Shown piece after piece: positions 56,787 through 64,000 of a stretch of DNA of 64,000 bases; positions within the stretch are counted from its first letter, which is position 1, and the number at the start of each line of letters is the position of its first letter. The DNA comes from a virus. The stretch lies in IMG/VR virus record IMGVR_UViG_3300047650_000023, one strand, 5' to 3'. The notes below the pieces were generated by a model. The model saw only the letters and a program-made list of their open reading frames with translations. It did no database searches and was not told the origin of the DNA. The position numbers and the translations under genes are program-made.

Positions 56787-59700
56787 ATGGGACAAATGTC
56801 AATTTTAATACAAGCTCTTATTGATCCTGCGTCAAGTTCAAAGTTTCAATCACAAATCCAAGAAATGGCTAAAAATGTTAATGCCGAAGTAAATATTCAA
56901 GTTAATACTTCTACAACGGATGCTACTATAGATCAATTCATCACAAGAACACAAAACAAAATTCAAAATCTCCAATCCAGAAATAACAAAATATTTGATG
57001 ATCCTGCTGTGCAAGCAGAAGTAACAAAAGTACAGGGAATGTTGGATTCTTTAAAGATGAATCCAGAGACATTTACTACAGCTAGTAAAGTTATTAATAC
57101 TGAGATGGATTCAACGAGAACTGCATTTAATTCAGTTTCTAGTGCATCCGAAAATTTTGGAAGTAGTTTAGTAGCTGACAGTCTGAAGTTCGGAATCTGG
57201 ATGATGGCAGCTTCAGCCCTCATGATCCCTCTCAACAGTATAAAAACCGGAATTTCCTCGATTATTTCCATGAATGATTCACTTACAATGACTGCTGAAG
57301 CCATGAATACTTCAGTGTCGAATTTAGGACAATTGGCTTCAGGTTCTCAGCAAATTGCGGAGAATATGGGATCAAATTTAAACGATGTTCTCGCAATCGC
57401 ACATGTATATGCAAACGTAAATGAAACTCAAGCGTCAATACTTGCTCAAACTAAAGCAACGGTTGAATTATCTAATATCAGCGGACTTGATGGAAATTCA
57501 GCCACAAACGCCATGCAAGCAATCGAGCAAGCTTGGAACATGGGTGCAGATCAATTACAACATGTAGATGATGTTATGGCAACAATCGCTAGTAATCTAA
57601 AGGAAAATTATCAAACTGCCATAGATTTTTGTGGCATAGCGGCATAATACATAAACCGTTATTTAAATTCTTTCTAATTAATGGCGAAAGTCTAAACTCG
57701 TAAAAGAGCAAGGCAACGCTCAACAAGCAAGAAAGTGATTCTTTTTAGAATATCATTTTGTGCAGTTGCAACGACTGAATGAAAGAACTGTTCTTAGGAA
57801 TAGAAGCAACAGTCTGAACATCTATGGAAATCATAGAGAAGAATGGTCGGTATGAAATAATTACCTAAAGAAGAACCATTCTCGCCTATTAAATAAATAG
57901 GTCATAAAAGTAACAGAATTGACAAAATATCTCAAGTGCTACATCTGTAGCAGGTACAATGGCGCAACAAGCAGGATTAACAAAATAGTCCCCTTATGTA
58001 GTAATACATATTGAATAAGTTGGTGAACTTATAAATATAAGGTGTACAATTAACGTTTTAGTCACTATAGGAAATGATAGTTAATAATTGTGCTAACAGG
58101 GAAAATCTAAATTAGAAATCATCTAAAATGATAATCCTGTGCCAAGCTTGAAAGGAAACTTTCTTGAAGGTGCAACGACTAGGATATACGACCTAAAGAG
58201 AAATCTATGGTTATGAAATCTATACTGTAAGAATGAAATGTCTTATGGAAAGTGCCAACCATTTGTTCTATGACAAATGATGATTTAGTCTACTCCCTAA
58301 TAAATATCAGGAAACTGAGGGTATAAAGGTATCATTTGAACAATTCGCTTCAATTATCGGTGTCGTTTCAGAAAAAACAAGACTTTCGGGCGATACTTTG
58401 GCTAATTCCCTAAAAATGATCATGGCTCGTGTCGATCAAATAAAATCAGCACAAGATGCTACCGGAAGCACTGCGACAGATTCCAGTAACGCTGCAAAGG
58501 CTTTACAGTCAATCGGCGTGAGTGTGCTTGATGCGAATGGTCAACTTCGCAATATGCAGGATATTTTAGGTGATGTTGCCACAAAATGGGACACATTATC
58601 ATCAACAGAAAAATCATATATTTCATATATGGCAGCCGGAACTCGCCAATATTCAACCTTTGAAAGTCTCATTATGTCGTTTTCCAAGAGTCAGGATTTA
58701 GCAACACAGGCAACATATTCTAATGGCGAAGCACTCAAGGCACAATCTGTTTATTTAGAATCTACATCTGCAAAAATCAAAGAATTTCAAACTTCCGTAG
58801 CAATCATGTGGGATAATGCTATTTCATCTAATACTTTAGGTGATGTAGTACAATTTGCCAATCTTCTCGTTGACCACATTGTACCCACACTCGGTACAAT
58901 CCTCGGTTTAGTAATTGCTTTGAATAGTGCATCAATGGTCAATGGATTAGTCAAAATGGCAACTAATATTTCAACTGCATTTCAAAATGTGGGTAAAACT
59001 ATTAGTGGAACATTTACTAATGCTAATATAGACTCATACACAAATGCATTACAAAAATTAAAAGATGCACAAACAGCCTCAACAGTGGCACAAGAAACAG
59101 CTAATATTGCTCAACAAGACGCTACAGCAAAAGCCTATGCTTTACAAATGGCACAGAATGCCTTATCAACAAGTGAAGAAGATACTAATTTTGTTTCAGA
59201 ACAACAAATTGCTGTAACAGTAGCACAAGCCGCCGCGGATAACGCAGCAACAGAAGCAACAAATGCTGAGACTGCGGCAATTGAAGCACAAAAGGTCGCA
59301 TCTGCGGCATTAACCACTGTATTTACAGGATTTCTAGGAGTTATAGGGTTAATAGTTACAGCTGTAAGCATTGGTGGAAGTATAATAAGCGGTGTTAATC
59401 AAGTAACACAAGCAGCGGCGCGAGCAGCAACGGACGCAGCAACATCATATCAACAAGAATCAGACTCTCTTTCATCTTTAATTAGCCAATATGACCAAAT
59501 TGGCTCTAAAGTAAATCAGTCAGCCAACGATAAACAAACGCTTACTGGTATTCAACAAAGTCTTATAAGTAGCTATGGTGACGAAGCTAAATCCATAAAT
59601 CTTTTAAATGATTCATATGACACGTCAATACAAAAATTACAAGCATTGTCTAAAGCAGAAGCAGATAATTATTTAATACAAAATAAAAAATCTGTTGATA

Positions 59701-62700
59701 CAAGCGAAGATGAAGCAAATAATCCCACAACAAATTATTTTAGTCCTAGTATGTCTAAATCATCATATGCAGGAGCAGATTATAAAGAAAATTTAGGTGG
59801 TATTTTTGATAACGTAAGTAATGTTGATGTTGTAACTCGTGGTGATAGTAATAATTTAGTTGATCAAGTGGCTATTACAGGCGCACTTAATGAACGTGTA
59901 GCTGCTATGAAACAAATTCTTGAAAACGGAGATGAACTAGAACAAAAAACAGGTACTCAAACTAAAGAAGAAAAAGATTTTCTTGAAAGTATAAGTACCG
60001 AATACACTAAACTTCTAGCAGTACAGAAAACGGCACAAGAAAATGCTTCTATTAAACTTGCTTCAACTAATTCTACTGACATAGCTAATCTCAATGAACT
60101 TGCAACTGCGTATCAAAATGCTGTGAAATCTGGTAATACTTCTGACATAGATAAAGCACAAAAAAGTTTTGATGATCTTGCTACAAGTGTAAATAACGCA
60201 TTAAAAAAATCACCTGAATTAAAGGCAGTATGGGATGCTTTAGTTAATAGTTTGGGAGTAGGTGAAACATCCACTAAAAAAGCCACAACCTCTGCATCAG
60301 ATTCAATTCCAGTATATGATGCAATGGGTAATGCCTTAAATGATGCAGCGCAAGCGGCAGATTCCGCAGCAGGTAGTAGCAATACTATGGCTGATCAAAT
60401 TAAAAACGCTACATCTGCCGTATCTGATTTAAATGGTGCTTTACAAACAGTTCAAAGTGGACAATCACTAGATGCAACTACAGTAATGGGTTTAATTCAA
60501 ACATATCCTCAATTAATATCTGCTGTTAAACAAACTAAAGATGGATATACAATTGAAGCATCAGCTTTACAAACATTAATAAATGCTAAAAAAACTGAAG
60601 CAGAAACAGGTATCCAATCTGAAATAAGTAATGCTACTGCTACTATTAATGCAATAAATACACGTATTAAAGGATATAATGACGAAGAAAAAGCTATTCA
60701 ATCATTATCAAATGCACAACAATTACTTGCATTAAATAATTTAAAAAAAATGAATGGTGAGCAAATACTTTCTAATTTTGGTTCAATGGCTGCTTATGAG
60801 CAAGAAATAAAAAATCTTCAAACAGTTATAAATGATAGTGCCTCTGCTACAGCTAGTAAAGCAAATTTAGCAAATTTAAATGCACAATTAGCGAATATGA
60901 AGAAGTTGTTAAATGATATTGGTACATCGTCTGATACAAAAAGTACAGCTTCTGGTTCATCCTCTTCAACAACAGCTAAAGACGCATTTTCAACCAACCT
61001 TCAAAATATAGAAGATTCTGCCACCAACGGAAATATAACTTCACAACAGGAACTTCAGCAATTACAAACGCTTAAGCAACAGACAACTACTTCCGCAGAA
61101 AAGCTTGAAATTGATAAGCAAATAAAAACAGTAGCAACAGCAATAGCAGAAGGTGCATATCAAGACCAAGAAACACAAATTTCACATCTTAATGCAATGG
61201 GACAACTTTCTGATCAACAGTTGTTAAGTGAATATCAAACAGCTTTAAAACTCGCTACAACTACAGCGGAGTATGAAAAAGAGCAAGAAAATGTACTTGC
61301 TACTCAGAATAAAATAAATGAAGATGCTGTTACAGCCATACAGACCAAAGAAGCATATCAGAAATCTATGGGAACTCTCACAGATGCCCAACAAATTGCT
61401 GATGACAAAGAAGTAGTTACTTTATATCAGCAAGACTTAGCAGTAGCGCAAAAAAATAAAGATTTAACTGATGCATTAAAATACACAGACGAACTTAATA
61501 CTGCTAATGAAACTCTTCATTCAGACCAAAATTCACAAAATAGTGATGCTATAACTGCTCAACAGAATCAAGAATCTTATTTAAAGAGTATGGGGCAACT
61601 CACTTCAGACCAAGAAATTATCACAGATAAACTTATAGATAACGAACTTCAAAAAGCATATGCTTTAGCAGTACAGAATAAAGATTTAACAACACAAGGA
61701 ATTTTGTTAGGTCAAATTCAGCAAGAAAATGAAGCAATATATACAGCACAAAATGCTACTGCTTCTAATATTTCCTCAATCGTTTCTGATACATCTGATT
61801 ATGGCACACTCACGGATAGTCAGATGCAAACACTTATTCAGGATGAAACAGCTGTAGCTAACAATGGTGCTAATGCTACAGAAAATTTAAATAATTATAC
61901 AACACAACTTCAACAAGCTAATGAGGCGGCAGAACAACAAAAGCTACTAACAGCGGTGCAAGTTGGTGCTTTACAAGATCAAGAAACAGCATTAGAAAAT
62001 GCTAATACAGCTCGACAAGCGGCTAATACACTTCTTCAAGACCAAAATAACTTGCTTTTAGCACAACAGCAATTAGCAGAAGATATCGCTAATAAAAACG
62101 TACAAGTTATAGAGAATGGCAAATGGGTAAATGTTTCTGATGCAACCACGGTAGCTTCGGATACAACTGCTGTTAATAATGCTCAAAATTCATTAAATAA
62201 TGATACTACTTCACAAGCATTTGATGATCAAAAAACAGCACTTGAAAATCAAATTGCTGTACTTAATGGCACAACTTCAGCAGAAGCAACAGCTATACAG
62301 AATGTAGTTAATTTCAATCAACAAGAGGCAAACACAACAGCAGTTGATGCTTATACTAAACTTATGCAAAGTCAAGGTGAGTATGTTTCAACTAATGCTG
62401 GAAATATTTCAGATGCCAATACAAATACACAAACGTTAGCAACTACACAATCTAGTACAGTAACCACACAAGCTGTTGGTGGTTTTACTACATTAGTAGA
62501 TACTCAAGGAACAGCATTTCAAAATTTAGCTACTCAAATAGAAACTGCCACAACTAAATTGCAAGCATTACAAGTACAAGAAGCAAAAGGGACATCTGGT
62601 ACAACTGCATCTACAGCAACCACATCTGCAACTACTACCAGTAAATCTTCTGTTACTACAGTACCTGCACATTCTCAAGGTGGTGTTACTTCATCAGGAG

Positions 62701-63092
62701 TAAATTTATTTGGTGAAGGAAATTCTCCAGAAGCTATAATTTCTTCTAATGGCACTTCAGCACAAATTGTTACTGCACCCACATTACTAAATGTACAAGG
62801 TGGAGAACAAGTCATACCATTGAATCAATCAAGTTCTAATTGGGTAAGTGCGAGTTCTCTAATAAGTAGTTTAGCTAGTGGTAGTGGAAGTGGTTCTAGT
62901 TTGTATAGTAATAACGTTACTCCTAATATAACACCTTACAGTATGAATCCAAATAATATTGTGAGCAATACTAGTAATTCCACAACAGGTGGAGATACGA
63001 TTTATCAATTTAGTGGTGACATCAATGTAACAAGTACAAATCCCAAGAATTGGGTTCAAGATTTTAACAGAAATATAAGTACAAAAATTTAA
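56787..63092 (+). CDS. tape measure protein, spliced: exons 56787-57622, 57922-57977, 58330-63092 (1884 aa)
   Basis: Joining the exons gives ...ENYQTAIQNISSATSVAGTMAQQAGLSFEQFASIIGVVSEKTRLSGDTLANSLKM..., a continuous TMP-type motif; exon lengths sum to 5655 nt. Confidence 0.88.
57623..57921 (+). mobile_element. group I intron 1 (ORF-less, 299 nt, IA-like)
   Basis: P1 exon TGCCAT / IGS GTGGCA with U-G at the splice site; P3 TTCTTTC/GAAAGAA; P7 GCAACGACT...ACAGTCT; terminal G at 57921. Confidence 0.9.
57978..58329 (+). mobile_element. group I intron 2 (ORF-less, 352 nt, IA-like)
   Basis: P1 exon GGAT / IGS GTCC; P3 GTTGGT/GCCAAC; P7 GCAACGACT...TAGTCT; terminal G at 58329. Confidence 0.9.
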
Positions 63093-63108
63093 TAAAATTA
63101 TAATTTTA

Positions 63109-63146
63109 GTAAAGAGACATGGGAGATATCCTTTGTCTCTTTTTAT
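63109..63146 (+). terminator. intrinsic terminator after the tape measure gene
   Basis: AAAGAGACA...TGTCTCTTT followed by TTT. Confidence 0.7.
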
Positions 63147-63194
63147 ATTGATTCAATTATTTTTAAAATTTAAAAGTAAACGAGGTGACTTTTA

Positions 63195-64000
63195 TTGATA
63201 TATTTTCCTAAAAATATGATGCCTTTAAACTCAACGATTGATGCTAGTCAAAGTAATATTTTTACTAGTACTATCCGAGTGAGTGGTGGTTCAAGTTGTA
63301 CAGGATACATTATTCAAATTTATTTAAATACAACAGCAAACACTCTTGTATATACTAATACAGTGACTTTATCAACAGTATTGTATGATCAGCAAACTTT
63401 ATCTATTCCATTAATTGCTAATGTACTTATAAATGGAAATAGCTACAAGTGGGTGCTAAAATTAACACAAGATAATTCAACATATGTTTCTTCATATGAA
63501 AATGTTTTCTACACGCATCTTACACCAGTAATGACAATTCCAACAATAGTGTCTCCAGTTACTCAAAATAGTTATTTATTCACAGCTAATTATGTTCAAC
63601 CAGATGGCGATCCGATGAGTTGGTTTGAATTCATTCTTTATGATAATTTAGGTAATGAATTATCTAATTCAGGTGAACTTCAAGGTGTTATTCAATGGGA
63701 ATGTTCAGGATTATTAAATAATACTACATATGGAATAGCGTGTGTAGGAGCATCAAATTCAGGAGTTGGTTTTTCAAGTCCTATTTATCCTTTTACAGTT
63801 CAATTTTCTGAACCATTTATACCTAATAATTTTCTAAATCCACAATTAACAATTAATTATGAAAGAGATTCTGTAAGTATATCAAATGTGTTTACTCAGA
63901 TTAATGGTAGTGCAGAAGGAACTTATTCATATGGTACTTATTCTAATGGTCAAAGTGATGTGATTATTAATACTAATAGTGAAATTTATTGGGACACAAA
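63195..64000 (+). CDS. 3'-truncated distal-tail/baseplate-region protein (not in ORF track)
   Basis: SD GAGGTG, TTG at 63195; open frame MIYFPKNMMPLNSTIDAS...NGNSYKWVLK... to the window end; position after TMP. Confidence 0.7.
   Translation, partial: MIYFPKNMMPLNSTIDASQSNIFTSTIRVSGGSSCTGYIIQIYLNTTANTLVYTNTVTLSTVLYDQQTLSIPLIANVLINGNSYKWVLKLTQDNSTYVSSYENVFYTHLTPVMTIPTIVSPVTQNSYLFTANYVQPDGDPMSWFEFILYDNLGNELSNSGELQGVIQWECSGLLNNTTYGIACVGASNSGVGFSSPIYPFTVQFSEPFIPNNFLNPQLTINYERDSVSISNVFTQINGSAEGTYSYGTYSNGQSDVIINTNSEIYWDT

Noticed and set aside
731-62871. Many 60-140 aa minus-strand or nested ORFs in the track (for example 731, 1073, 4100, 8456, 11034, 14843, 23239, 29890, 37555, 56963, 59135, 60113)
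   Set aside because: They are shadows of longer, motif-bearing genes on the other strand or frame, lack an SD and have low-complexity translations.
56787-63092. Two separate genes, a pseudogene or stop-codon recoding in the tape measure region
   Set aside because: Two canonical group I introns explain the break and restore the frame exactly; other genes end normally at TAA, TAG and TGA.

Overview
The window is a 64-kb slice of a large, AT-rich tailed phage or prophage, probably infecting Clostridia/Bacillota. Its gene order follows Bacillus phage SPbeta: a YonO-type single-subunit RNA polymerase, YonK/YonJ-like genes, HU, terminase, portal, protease/scaffold, capsid, head-tail and tail-tube genes, a YomM-like tyrosine recombinase, an accessory block of about 20 kb, and the tape measure gene. 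The accessory block holds fibre/adhesin genes, an S53 peptidase moron, a holin, ClpP, a beta-CASP nuclease, small antisense RNA units and a PIN toxin-antitoxin pair. The tape measure gene is split by two ORF-less group I introns around a 56-nt micro-exon; both splice junctions can be predicted and restore one 1884-aa frame. There are five free-standing endonuclease genes and two tRNAs, Ser(ACT) and Gly(TCC), which sit in matching hairpin cassettes. The most unexplained feature is a 1.2-kb ORF-free tract packed with plus-strand hairpins, lying just downstream of the polymerase module. All assignments come from motif reading by eye; no database search was run.
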